NCBI GenBank assembly: GCA_965243025.1
Contig: CBDETY010000003.1
Coordinates: 1,184,001 to 1,248,000 of the forward strand
DNA: 64,000 bases
DNA from: Candidatus Latescibacterota bacterium
Lineage (GTDB): Bacteria > Latescibacterota > UBA2968 > UBA8231
Direction of reading: 5' to 3'
The translations under genes and the position numbers were made by a program. How positions within the stretch are numbered: position 1 is the first letter of the stretch; each line of letters begins with the position of its first letter. Of this stretch, positions 37,538-47,164 are shown piece after piece. The notes beneath the pieces are model-generated. The model did no database searches and had not been told where the DNA came from. It worked only from the letters and a program-made list of their open reading frames with translations.

Positions 37538-39538
37538 TCAGTAGGCCAGCGAAACCAGCCGCCGGGCGCGTTCCTCGCCGCTGTCCGAGGCGACCGCGAG
37601 CTCGAGCAGGTAGAGGCCCGGAGGCAGCGGGGTTCCCCGCCGGTCGCGCCCGTCCCAGGAAGTCCGGTAGAGGCCGCTTGCGGCGCGGCCCCCTCCGACC
37701 TGTCCGACCCGGCGGCCGGAGAGATCGTACACGGCGATTCGCACCGGGACGTTCCCCGCAAGGTTGACCAGCTCGTACTCGATCTCCAGGAGGTCGTTGG
37801 CGCCGTCGCCGTTGGGGGTGAAGGCCGGCGGCGACAGGCGGAGGGTGTGGATCGGCCGGCGCGGTATCCGGACCAGGGCGACCCGCAGGCGGTCGCTGTC
37901 GCTGAGGTCGTCGGCGTTTCCGGCGATCACCGGCTGGGGAACCTCGAACGGCTGCCCGCTGCTGGTCAGCCCGACCCGGAACAGGGTGTCGTAGGCGAAG
38001 ATCTCCGCCTCGAAGCCGACCTCGACCAGCTCCTCGGTGCGCTCGATGCCGACGCCGGGGAACTGCACCGCGAATCCCTCATCGTCGAGACGGACGAGGT
38101 CGAGACCGACGTCGTTGCCCCCGAGGCGGCCGGTGGGATCGACCGCGGTGACGCGCGCGTCCGTAGCGACCGCCAGCCCGTCGAACCCGGGGTCTCCCGG
38201 CTCGAGCCTGGGCTTCACCTTGAGTGTGAACCGGCTCACCTCTCCGGCCGCTACCGCGGCGGGTACGATCTCACCAAGGGCTTCGGCGGCGAGCAGCGGG
38301 GAGGCGGCGAACTGCAGGTAGTCGATCTCCCCGCCGGCTTCCGGGGTCGCGGAGAAGGCGATGTCGAACTGCACGAAACGGCGCGGACGGTCGGCGTTGG
38401 GCAAGCCTCCGCCCGCGGCGAAGTCGTAGGATGCGTTCCAACCGTTCCAGTTCTCGAGGTCGTGGGTGATCGATCCGACCTCGGCGGGTTCCAGGCGTTC
38501 GTACTGCTGCCGGGTCAGGGGGCCGCCGTCCTCGCCGAAGGGCACCTCCTCCTCCCCGCGGAAAGTCCTGCGCCAGTAGACGTCGGGCTGGTCGTCCCCA
38601 CCGGTGCGCATGCGCAGCAGGTTTCTCGCAGGTTCCACTACGCGCCCGGCCCACGCCAACTCCCCGATGCTGAGCGACTCTCCGAGGTCGATGACGTTGG
38701 AACGGTAGGTCGCCACGGGAACGAATCCCTTGCCGAAGATCTCGAACTCCGCCACCTCCCAGGAAAGGCGGTCCTTCGCGAACACCTGGAAAAGCAGCCG
38801 CCGGGTGGGGATGGAGGGGAATTCGAGGTCGACCACGTCGGCCCCCGGTCCCTCGTGGACGACGTCGAAATCGAACCGGTACTCATGGGGGGTTCGGGAA
38901 GTGTATGGAGGATTGTGAGTCCGCCTCCCTTTTTTTGCCGGGTCTCCGTCGTTGGCGGCAAGGATGAAACGGGGGACGGGATCGAGGCCCCCGGAGCGGC
39001 ACTCCCCGGTCTGGAACCTGCCGAAACCGCAGGTGACCAGGCTGCCGTCGTCTTCGCGGGTGAAAAAGCGCACCCGGGTCAGGTGTACGGGGTGTCCGAG
39101 ATCGAACAGGAAGTTCCAACTGCGGGTATCCGTGTAGTACAGGTCCTTGTCGCGGTCGACCATCCGGACCGAGAAACGGATATCCCTGGTCCTCGACACG
39201 CGCCCCCAGGGAACCCAACCCAGGCGTCCTCCTCCGGGGAAATGGTCCAGAACGGCGAAGCGGTCCCCGTCCGGAAGGGGGGCGAGGTTGGAGTCCGGGT
39301 CGGTTCGCTCGGGGCGGATCGATTCCGGCCGCAGCTCGAGGCCGGCGGCCGTTCCGAAGCGGTCCTCGTCGACCTCGGTCCAGTGGAGCTGCACGAACTC
39401 GTGCTCGACCTCGAGATCGGGGGGCGGCTCACCCGATCCCCCGAGTCGCCAGAGGGTGAGGGCCGCGGCCGCGGCCGCCCGGAAGAAAACCAGACAGCCT
39501 GCGAACAGGCGGAAACCGTTTCGTCTGCTTGGGGTCAA
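37538..39538 (-). CDS. Secreted protein with FlgD-Ig/CHU_C-like C-terminal domain; close paralog of 30361-32340
   Basis: Signal peptide followed by LTLWRLGG. C-terminus FTPNGDGAND...DLSGRRV...WDGRD...PGLYL...VSLAY. Start TTG 39538 is uncertain. Confidence 0.8.
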   Translation of the reverse strand: MTPSRRNGFRLFAGCLVFFRAAAAAALTLWRLGGSGEPPPDLEVEHEFVQLHWTEVDEDRFGTAAGLELRPESIRPERTDPDSNLAPLPDGDRFAVLDHFPGGGRLGWVPWGRVSRTRDIRFSVRMVDRDKDLYYTDTRSWNFLFDLGHPVHLTRVRFFTREDDGSLVTCGFGRFQTGECRSGGLDPVPRFILAANDGDPAKKGRRTHNPPYTSRTPHEYRFDFDVVHEGPGADVVDLEFPSIPTRRLLFQVFAKDRLSWEVAEFEIFGKGFVPVATYRSNVIDLGESLSIGELAWAGRVVEPARNLLRMRTGGDDQPDVYWRRTFRGEEEVPFGEDGGPLTRQQYERLEPAEVGSITHDLENWNGWNASYDFAAGGGLPNADRPRRFVQFDIAFSATPEAGGEIDYLQFAASPLLAAEALGEIVPAAVAAGEVSRFTLKVKPRLEPGDPGFDGLAVATDARVTAVDPTGRLGGNDVGLDLVRLDDEGFAVQFPGVGIERTEELVEVGFEAEIFAYDTLFRVGLTSSGQPFEVPQPVIAGNADDLSDSDRLRVALVRIPRRPIHTLRLSPPAFTPNGDGANDLLEIEYELVNLAGNVPVRIAVYDLSGRRVGQVGGGRAASGLYRTSWDGRDRRGTPLPPGLYLLELAVASDSGEERARRLVSLAY

Positions 39539-39663
39539 GTCACAGGTCCGGCGTTGAACCCGGAGCGCGGATTGCGCTTGTTTGCGGCGATGGATGAATT
39601 GCAAATGAACAGTGAACCGGAGCGACGGCCAAGGAAGCCTGCCAAGAGGAGCCCGACAAGGAA

Positions 39664-40272
39664 ATGACCGGCTCATTCACCGGTGAGAAGGCGCTGGAGC
39701 TGATGCGCGAATATACCCCCTCCGAGGGGTTGCGCCGCCATATGTACGCCGTCGAGACCGCCATGCGGGCATGCGCGCGCCAATGCGGGGCCGACGAGGA
39801 GGCCTGGGGGCTGACGGGCCTGCTCCACGACTTCGACTACGAGCGCTATCCCAACGAGGAGCATTCCGCCACCGAGGGGCACCCTGCCCACGGGGTCGCA
39901 CTGCTTCGCGAGCGCGGTTTTCCCGAGGAGCTGTGCCGGGCCATCCTCGGGCACGCTTCCTACTCGGGGGTTCCCCGCGACACCCCGGTCGCCCGCGCCC
40001 TGTTCGCCGTGGACGAGCTCTGCGGCTTCCTCGTCGCCTGTGCGCTGGTGCGCCCTTCGCGAAGCCTGGGGGACCTCACGGTCCGCAGCGTAAGGAAAAA
40101 GCTCCGGGACAAGGCGTTCGCCCGCGGCGTCGACCGGGATGAGCTGGTCCGGGGCGCCGAAGAGCTCGGAGTCGGTCTCGATGAGCACATCCTCTTCGTG
40201 ATCGAGGCGCTGCGGCCCGAGGAGGGAAAGCTCGGGCTCGGGCGGTCAGGAGAATCTGCTCCCGGTCCTTGA
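39664..40272 (+). CDS. HD-domain (HDIG-type) metal-dependent phosphohydrolase
   Basis: RRHMYAVE...GLLHDFDYE...H...AILGHA...DELCG motifs. Confidence 0.85.
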   Translation: MTGSFTGEKALELMREYTPSEGLRRHMYAVETAMRACARQCGADEEAWGLTGLLHDFDYERYPNEEHSATEGHPAHGVALLRERGFPEELCRAILGHASYSGVPRDTPVARALFAVDELCGFLVACALVRPSRSLGDLTVRSVRKKLRDKAFARGVDRDELVRGAEELGVGLDEHILFVIEALRPEEGKLGLGRSGESAPGP

Positions 40273-40345
40273 CGCCGCCTGCCGGTTTCGCTTTTTCCGG
40301 CTTCCGACCGCATCCCCTCCAACCCACAACCCTGGAAAACCGTTC

Positions 40346-41524
40346 ATGGCAAAGTACCGCACCGCCATCATCGCCTGCGGCGTCATCGGCCGCGTCCACA
40401 CCCGCGGCTGGCTCGGAGTTCCCGGCCGGCCTGTCGAGATCGGCGCCCTTGCCGACACCAACCCGGACGCTCTGCGGGAGTTCGGGGACTTCTTCGGCGT
40501 CGGCGGGGAGCACCGCTACTCCGACTACCGCGAGATGCTCGACAAGGAGAGGCCGGACTTCGTCGATGTCTGCTCCTGGCACCAGCAGCACGCCGAGATG
40601 GTCATCGCCGCGGCGGCGCGGCGCCCGAAGGCGATCCTCTGCCAGAAACCGATGGCCAGCGACCTCGGGGAGGCCGACCGCATGCTGATGGCCTGCAGGC
40701 GCAACTTCGTCAAGCTCGTCATCGCCTTTCAGCGGCCTCACCACGCTGTCTGGCTCAAGGCCCGCGATCTCCTCGCCGAGGGGGTGGTCGGAGAGATCAG
40801 GCGCATCGAGCTCGAGTGCGGGGGCAACATGCTCAACACCAACTCCCACAACATCCGCCTCGGCCTGTTTCTGATGGGAGACCCGCGGGTCGAGTGGGTC
40901 GTCGGTACGACCGAGCGCACCGCCGACACCTACGAACGGGGCCTGCCGGCGGAGGACTCCACCCTCGGGATGGCCGGGTGCAGCAACGGGGCGACGCTGC
41001 TGATCTCGGGCGGGGATATCGCCACCGGCGACCTCGGTCAGGGCTGCCGGGTGCTGGGCTCCGAAGGGATCATGGAGCTCTCGATCGGACGCAAACCGGA
41101 CAGCGAGATCCCTTCCGACGAGGGGATGTACTCGCCGGAAGGACCTTCGGCCCGCTACAACGCCGAGTTCGGAACCGGCCGCTACCTCAATGCCTCGACC
41201 GGCGGCTGGAAGGAAATCGAGGCGCCTTTTCACGACTCCTGGGCGCACCAGTGCCAGGAGGCGATCGACTGGGTGGAGGGCCGCATCGACGACCCGATCA
41301 GCGGCGGCGAACACGGCCGCGCCGTTCAGGAAGTGATGATGGCCCTGTTCGAATCGGCGCGGAAGCGGCAGCGCATCCGCATGCCGCTGCGGACCAAGCT
41401 CAACCCCCTGGCGCGCATGATCGAAAACGGCGACCTGCCGGTCGAATGGCCCGGGTACTCGGAGGTGCGCTCCGGCATCGTGCGCGGCGAGGCGATGTCG
41501 TGGCACGATTCGCAAGCCTCCTGA
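40346..41524 (+). CDS. Gfo/Idh/MocA family oxidoreductase
   Basis: AIIACGVIGRVH Rossmann start, YSDYREML, and ILCQKPMA (variant of the EKP motif). Confidence 0.9.
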   Translation: MAKYRTAIIACGVIGRVHTRGWLGVPGRPVEIGALADTNPDALREFGDFFGVGGEHRYSDYREMLDKERPDFVDVCSWHQQHAEMVIAAAARRPKAILCQKPMASDLGEADRMLMACRRNFVKLVIAFQRPHHAVWLKARDLLAEGVVGEIRRIELECGGNMLNTNSHNIRLGLFLMGDPRVEWVVGTTERTADTYERGLPAEDSTLGMAGCSNGATLLISGGDIATGDLGQGCRVLGSEGIMELSIGRKPDSEIPSDEGMYSPEGPSARYNAEFGTGRYLNASTGGWKEIEAPFHDSWAHQCQEAIDWVEGRIDDPISGGEHGRAVQEVMMALFESARKRQRIRMPLRTKLNPLARMIENGDLPVEWPGYSEVRSGIVRGEAMSWHDSQAS

Positions 41525-41582
41525 AGATGAGCTGCATGGTACCGGAGGAGACCGGGATGCCCCCCGGGGGAGCAGGGAACCG

Positions 41583-42419
41583 GTGAAGCTCGGTTTCTCC
41601 ACCTGGGCCATGCCCGACCTGCCGATCGACACCTCGGTCCGGGAGCTGGCCGCCCTCGGTTTTCAGGGGGTCGAGATCACCGTGATTCCGCCCTACTCGA
41701 CCGAGCTCGACACCCTCGGCGCCGCCGAGCGGCTGCGCATCCGCAGGCTCTACGACGACTGCGGGGTGGAGATGCCGGCGGTGGCCGGGCACGCATCCCT
41801 GCTGGCCGCGGGGGACGCCCACGCCGAGAACTGGCGGCGCCTGACCAAGGCCGCCGACCTCTGCGTCGATTTCGCCGGCCCGGATGGACCGCCGGCGCTG
41901 AACACCACCCTCGGCAGCAGCATCGACAGCTTCGAACAGCAGCGGGATCTGATCGTCGAGCGCACCGGCAGGCTGACGGAGTACTGCGCCGCCCGCGGGG
42001 TGGTGCTGGCGATCGAGCCCCATTCCGGGGACGGCCTGCGCGACCCGGAGGAGTGCGTCTGGCTGCTCGAGGCGGCGGCCAGCCCCTTCCTCCGGCTCAA
42101 CTTCGACATCAGCCACTTCAACATTCAGGGCCTGCCGGTCGAGCGGACGGTTCCTTTGCTGGCGCCGCTTTCGGTCCACACCCACGTCAAGGACGAGCGC
42201 GGCCGGATTCCCCGGTCCGACTTTCTGATTCCCGGGGAGGGGGAGTTCGACTACGTCGGGTACCTGAGGGAAATGCGGAAGGCGGGGTACGAGGGGTACA
42301 TCACTGCGGAGATCAGCATGCAGGTGCAGCGGCGTCCGGGTTACGATCCGCTTGCCGCCGCGGCCATGACCTACGACACCCTGGACGCCGCCTTTCGCGA
42401 GGCGGGCATCGAGCGCTGA
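41583..42419 (+). CDS. Sugar phosphate isomerase/epimerase (xylose-isomerase-like TIM barrel)
   Basis: GFQGVEI, LAIEPH, NFDISH, HTHVKD, PGEG and GYEGYITAE motifs. Confidence 0.9.
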   Translation: MKLGFSTWAMPDLPIDTSVRELAALGFQGVEITVIPPYSTELDTLGAAERLRIRRLYDDCGVEMPAVAGHASLLAAGDAHAENWRRLTKAADLCVDFAGPDGPPALNTTLGSSIDSFEQQRDLIVERTGRLTEYCAARGVVLAIEPHSGDGLRDPEECVWLLEAAASPFLRLNFDISHFNIQGLPVERTVPLLAPLSVHTHVKDERGRIPRSDFLIPGEGEFDYVGYLREMRKAGYEGYITAEISMQVQRRPGYDPLAAAAMTYDTLDAAFREAGIER

Positions 42420-42551
42420 GGCCTGCCGTGCCTGCCTGATCCCGGGAGTCCACGGGGGTGCAGGCCCGTCGGGGCCGGGCCCTGCCTCACTCGACCGCAG
42501 GCCGGCGTCTCAACAAACCGGATGCCGTCATCCAGGTTGGGCGCCTGGATT

Positions 42552-43448
42552 TCAGCCGCCGATGATCATCCCCTTGGGGTCGTGGCGCAGCTTCAGGTGC
42601 TTGGGGTCCTCGTCTCTCTTACCGCTCCTGATCCGCTCCATGTAGCTGGCGTGGCGCCGGGGCATCTCCGACTTGCGCCAGCGCAGGAAGGCGCGTTCGC
42701 AGCGGTCGCGGTTGCCCGGTGAGGCCGCCGCGGGAACCTCGATCGTCCCGAAGGTCACCGCCGTTTCCCGCCGCGACAGGCTGACGATTTCTCCCTTGCT
42801 GACGATGAGGGTCACGCCGACGTTCGCCTCGACGATGGGCACGCCGTTCTCGCGCGCCCGCGCCAGCACCGCCTTGTCCTGTTCCTTCGAACGCGTGCCG
42901 AAGGAGGGAATCAGCAGGTACTGCGCCCCGTCGAGGACGGGAATGCGGGCGATGTCGGGGTTCCAGCGGTCGTTGCAGATCAGGAACCCGCAGCGCCCGA
43001 AAGGGGTGTTGCAGGCGCGGCTCTTCTTCCCGAGGCGGTTGAACCACCAGGACCGGTGGGAGCCCTCGGCGAGCTGCATCTTGTGATACCTGCCGCGGAT
43101 GCGGCCCGTCTGGTCCATGAACACCGCGCAGTTGAACACCTGCCTGCCGATGCGCTCGGCGAGCCCGAAGGCCAGGCAGATCTCCAGCTCCCGCGCCAGC
43201 TCGCGAAAGCGGCCGATCACAGGGCTGCGCATGGTGAGGGCCACCTCCTTCATCCGTTCCGCCGGCTGCTCCCCGGAAATGATCGGGGTGACGACGTACC
43301 CTTCGAGGACCCCTTCCGGGGCAACGGCCAGCTGGGCGCCGCCGGCCGCGGCCTTGCGGAACATCTCCTCCAGCCGGTCCGCGTTCTTCTGCAGGCCGAA
43401 TTTCTCGGGAACGAACGAAATGGCGGCCGCGGTCACTTCCTGAAACAT
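42552..43448 (-). CDS. Carbon-nitrogen hydrolase (nitrilase superfamily)
   Basis: Catalytic triad motifs APEG (E), YHK (K) and LICND (C). Start MFQEVTAAAI. Confidence 0.9.
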   Translation of the reverse strand: MFQEVTAAAISFVPEKFGLQKNADRLEEMFRKAAAGGAQLAVAPEGVLEGYVVTPIISGEQPAERMKEVALTMRSPVIGRFRELARELEICLAFGLAERIGRQVFNCAVFMDQTGRIRGRYHKMQLAEGSHRSWWFNRLGKKSRACNTPFGRCGFLICNDRWNPDIARIPVLDGAQYLLIPSFGTRSKEQDKAVLARARENGVPIVEANVGVTLIVSKGEIVSLSRRETAVTFGTIEVPAAASPGNRDRCERAFLRWRKSEMPRRHASYMERIRSGKRDEDPKHLKLRHDPKGMIIGG

Positions 43449-43545
43449 GGAACCCTCCTCGAGGTTCGGCCGGCGCGGGAAAATAGCCCTCTTGCCGGCC
43501 GGCATTGGGGAAAGATGGCATACCGAACCCCGTCGGCGCCGGCGG

Positions 43546-44619
43546 TCAGGGGGCAGCGTAGCGCCCGACCGCGTCCATGTCGAGGGTCACCCCGAGCCCG
43601 GGGCCGTCGGGAACCTGCACGGAGCCGTCGACGACGGGGAATTCCTCCTGCACGCAGTCGTCCTGCTTGGCCCAGAAACCGACGAAATCGTGCGGTCGCG
43701 ACAGGCTGGGCCCCGCCGCGCAGACATGCAGTCCGAGGGCGTTGTTGACTCCCAGGCCGACGTACTGCGTCCAGCAGGGGAGGCCGAGTTCCTCCGCCAT
43801 GGCCGACAGCCGCACGGTCTCGACGGCCCCCGGCGCCCCGATGATGGCGTAATCAAGGGCCTCGGCCGACCACATGGTCAGCAGCCGGTCCGCCCCTGTG
43901 TGCTCGGCGACCGGAAAGCCGATCCGCTGCCGCAGGCGCCGCCATTCACTGAAGCTGTCGCCGTGAGCGCCGGTGACGATCGGCGACTCCAGGCAGTCGA
44001 GGCGGTGTCCTTCGAGCCGCCTGGCCATCTCTTCGGCCGCCCACACCTCCTCGAGGCGGCGGCGGATGTCGGGGCGCACATCCATCTCCGGCAGCTCGCG
44101 GTGAATGGCCTCGACGCGGTCGACGACGTAGTCGATGCGCTCCTGCAGGTGGGGGGTCCCGACGATGCACTTCATCTTGTAGGTGCGGAAGCCGCGCTCC
44201 CAGCCCCAGACCGCGTCCGCTGCGGTGTTCTGGACGGTCTTGTAGCCGGTACACAGGGTGACCGGAACCCGGTCCCTGACGGCGCCGCCGAGCAGCTCGG
44301 AGACCGGGCATCCCAGCACCTTGCCGCGGATGTCGAGGGCGGCGCACTCGTACGCCTCCGCCGCGAGCGCTCCCTGCGGCAGCCGGGACTGCCTGAGCGG
44401 GTCGAGCCCGATCCACCCCTCGGCCGCGGCAGCGACGGCGGCCCGGTCGACCCCGCGCAGGTCGAGCTCTCCCAGACCCTCCACGCCTTCGTCGCAGCGC
44501 ACGACGACCAGCAGGTTCGCGGTCTGGCGGTGGGCGGGCATGCCGTTCTCCTCGTCCGACCAGGCCCAGGGCCGGTCCGGTACATTCACTTCATGCAGGT
44601 CAACAGCGGCGATCTTCAC
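43546..44619 (-). CDS. Mandelate racemase/muconate lactonizing enzyme family (enolase superfamily)
   Basis: EGLGE, ALDIRGK.LG.PVSELLGG, YKMK (KxK), LESP and VPDGPGLGV motifs. Confidence 0.9.
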   Translation of the reverse strand: MKIAAVDLHEVNVPDRPWAWSDEENGMPAHRQTANLLVVVRCDEGVEGLGELDLRGVDRAAVAAAAEGWIGLDPLRQSRLPQGALAAEAYECAALDIRGKVLGCPVSELLGGAVRDRVPVTLCTGYKTVQNTAADAVWGWERGFRTYKMKCIVGTPHLQERIDYVVDRVEAIHRELPEMDVRPDIRRRLEEVWAAEEMARRLEGHRLDCLESPIVTGAHGDSFSEWRRLRQRIGFPVAEHTGADRLLTMWSAEALDYAIIGAPGAVETVRLSAMAEELGLPCWTQYVGLGVNNALGLHVCAAGPSLSRPHDFVGFWAKQDDCVQEEFPVVDGSVQVPDGPGLGVTLDMDAVGRYAAP

Positions 44620-44821
44620 GTTTACTCTCCTCGAGATCGGGGCACCAGAGGGAACGGTGAATGCCTGATCCCCAGTCCGGTGGTCCGGAAGGTGACAGCC
44701 CGCGAACGGACGACGCGGAGCCGTCGTGGATGCCCGCCCGCCTCCCCGACCGGGCAGACCGGGTTGGGCCGCCAGGGCCAGGGTACCGGCAGGTCCGGGG
44801 TTTTTTTGCCGCCGGACCGGG

Positions 44822-45931
44822 TCATGCCGCGGCCACGGTGAGCCGGCGCAGTTTCCCGTCGTCGAGCTCGACCCCCCAGCCGGGTCCCTCGAAAGGGTAG
44901 AGATGGCTGGCCTCGGCGCGGATGCGCTCCTTCGCCGGCGACTCCATGTACAGGACCGGTCCCATGGGATCGCACGGGAGCGAGAGGTTGGGCAGCGTGA
45001 TCCCCACCGCCACCTGGGCGGCGGTGCCGATCGTCGATTCCTGGTCGGTGCCGATCAGGCAGCGGAACCCCGCCGCCTCGGCGACCGCGGCGATGCGCCG
45101 GATGTAGGTGGGCCCGGAGGAAACGCAGGCGATGTTGAAGGCGGTGCCGGCACCCAGCTCCACTGCTTCTCGCGCCTGTTCCAGCGTGTCGATGTGGAGA
45201 CTGACGGGCAGGTCCCAGCGCCTGGTGAACCCGGCGTTTACCCGCATCGAGCGGCTCGGATGCTCGAAGTGGAAGGGGTCGTGGTGGCGCAGGACCTCGG
45301 CGTAGCGCAGGGCCGTGTCCCAGGCGTCGAAACGCAGCGACATGTCGATCGACTTCAGGCGGATGCGGTCTCCGAAACGGCTTTTCATTTCGGTGAGGAA
45401 GCGGTCGTCGAGCTCGCTGTCGCCGGAGACGTAGTAGCGGAACAGGTGGTGGCCGAGGTCGACGATCCGCTGCAGGAACCCCGCGGACTGCTCGAAATCC
45501 GCGGCGACCTGCGTGCCGAAGATCGGGTAGCAGCAGTACAGCCTGTCGCGCAGCTTGCCCCCCATCAGCTGGAAGGCGGGAACGCTGCGGGCTTTGGCGT
45601 TGAGGTCGTAGAGGGCGATGTCGACGGCCGAGGCGAGGTGGGCGTCGCTGACCGTGCTGCCGAACCGCTGGGCCCGCATCAGCTCGTTTATTTCGGTGAT
45701 GCAGGTGGCGTCCCGTCCTCTGAGCAGCTCGTTGCAGCGCGCGGCGATGGCGGGGACGTCGTCGGCCCTGCTGTCCGAAGCCTCCCCCAGGCCGACCGGC
45801 CCGTCGTCGGTGTGCACCTTGAAGACCACGTGTCCGGAGATCCCTCCGGAGTAACCGGGCAGTGTCTGGTAGTAGCGGGGGGTTTCGATCTGGATGACTT
45901 CGACTTTGCGGATCTTCACGGCTCTTGCCAA
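44822..45931 (-). CDS. Mandelate racemase/muconate lactonizing enzyme family, non-canonical active site
   Basis: VGLGE, AVDIALYDL.AK...P.FQLMGG, FEHP and GPGWGVE motifs. KxK is replaced by RYY. Confidence 0.85.
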   Translation of the reverse strand: MARAVKIRKVEVIQIETPRYYQTLPGYSGGISGHVVFKVHTDDGPVGLGEASDSRADDVPAIAARCNELLRGRDATCITEINELMRAQRFGSTVSDAHLASAVDIALYDLNAKARSVPAFQLMGGKLRDRLYCCYPIFGTQVAADFEQSAGFLQRIVDLGHHLFRYYVSGDSELDDRFLTEMKSRFGDRIRLKSIDMSLRFDAWDTALRYAEVLRHHDPFHFEHPSRSMRVNAGFTRRWDLPVSLHIDTLEQAREAVELGAGTAFNIACVSSGPTYIRRIAAVAEAAGFRCLIGTDQESTIGTAAQVAVGITLPNLSLPCDPMGPVLYMESPAKERIRAEASHLYPFEGPGWGVELDDGKLRRLTVAAA

Positions 45932-46120
45932 GTGTGCTGTCCCGGGTACGCGCGGCGGCGGTTCCGCCCGAATTGGGCGTTCACGAGTCGAGGTGAGTCG
46001 ACAGGTCAGGCCGCGAACGGAGGTTCATCTGCTGCCGTCCGGGGAGCTTCCGGTCCGGGGAAAGGAAACCGGGAAATCCGAAAGATCGCCGGTATCCCGG
46101 CGGTGTTGGTCCATCGGCAG

Positions 46121-46990
46121 TCAATCCGAAATGAAAGCGGCGTACAGCGCCTCCACCTCGTCGGACGCCGGCTCTTCGGCGAGAACGGCGAAGCCGTAGC
46201 GCAGGCGCAGGGCGCCCCCTTCCCCGACTTCGAGATCTCCCTCCATCAGCAGCCCGGCCCCGAGGAGGTTGGCGCGCGTGAACCAGGTGACCGGGTGCCG
46301 GGGGTTGTCCGGGTGATCCATCATTACCACCGCGCCCCCGGCCGCGCCCGCGGCGCTCACCCAGCGCGCCCGCTGTCCCATGATGCTCTCGTGGCCGGAG
46401 GCTCCCTCGCTGCTGCGGTGGCGGGCTCCGGAAAAAGGGGGTCCCATGCGCAGCTCGAAGCCGCTGTAGTGCGACTTCCGCGACGCCCCCAGTCCGAGCG
46501 GACCGCCCACCGGCTCGATGCAGGTACGGACGTCCCAGTGGTAGGCGGCAGGGCTGCCGGTCCGGTGCACCCGGTACCGGCGGGTTTCGGTCGCCATGAC
46601 CTCGTCGGCGGGATCGAGCCAGCTCAGCTTCTCTTCGACGGCCACCCCGCCGTCCTGCTCTTCGATCTCCGGGAACCGGTCGTGACGCTGCATCCCGTGC
46701 GTGCCCTCGACCAGCTCGTAGCGGTCCTTCTCCGGGAGGTACCAGGGCCCGCCCCAGAGGTTGGCGCCGTTGGCGAAGACCCAGCCGAAGTAGAGGCCGG
46801 TGTGCCAGGGATGGTCGGCCGGCCGGTACTCGGTCACCAGCCCTCCGGCGGGGGTGTATATCGGGGCGAAGCAGGGTTTGGGGGACTCGCTGCGCGGCAG
46901 CTCCTCGCTCGCCCTGTAGAGGGCGGCAAGCCGCTCTCCGTCGAGGATCTCGAACCCGAGTGCGTTCCGCCGGATGTGCAATTTGGTCAT
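46121..46990 (-). CDS. DUF6807 ('PmoA-like') family beta-sandwich protein
   Basis: KPCFAPIYTPAG..VTE.RPADHPWHTGL...NLWGG, HYSG and MMDHPDNPRHP..WF motifs. Start MTKLHI. Confidence 0.75.
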   Translation of the reverse strand: MTKLHIRRNALGFEILDGERLAALYRASEELPRSESPKPCFAPIYTPAGGLVTEYRPADHPWHTGLYFGWVFANGANLWGGPWYLPEKDRYELVEGTHGMQRHDRFPEIEEQDGGVAVEEKLSWLDPADEVMATETRRYRVHRTGSPAAYHWDVRTCIEPVGGPLGLGASRKSHYSGFELRMGPPFSGARHRSSEGASGHESIMGQRARWVSAAGAAGGAVVMMDHPDNPRHPVTWFTRANLLGAGLLMEGDLEVGEGGALRLRYGFAVLAEEPASDEVEALYAAFISD

Positions 46991-47164
46991 CGGGTGATTT
47001 GCGCCGATTGTTGGGCAGTTTGCCCCATGCCCGGCCTGGTCCGTCAACCTTGCAGTCAGTGTCGGAACGCCAGGGCCGGCGGGCCTCGCCGCAGTGGAGC
47101 CGCCGCTTGCCCGCCGCGGGCGGAGAAGGAACGGCCAAACCAGTTGTCGCAGCAAGGAAGGGGT

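Noticed and set aside
44785-44820. GC hairpin with a T7 run between the two enolase-family genes
   Set aside because: The T-run is on the plus strand while both flanking genes are on the minus strand, and the stem is weak. It is not a convincing terminator or riboswitch.
46121-46990. Methane monooxygenase suggested by the 'PmoA-like' family name
   Set aside because: This is a soluble protein without TM helices, and there is no pmoB/pmoC. The family name is misleading.
44726-47164. N-terminal ~810 aa of the 1347-aa ORF, suggesting a giant GGT fusion
   Set aside because: It is antisense to the enolase-family and DUF6807 genes. GGT homology starts only at about 47165.
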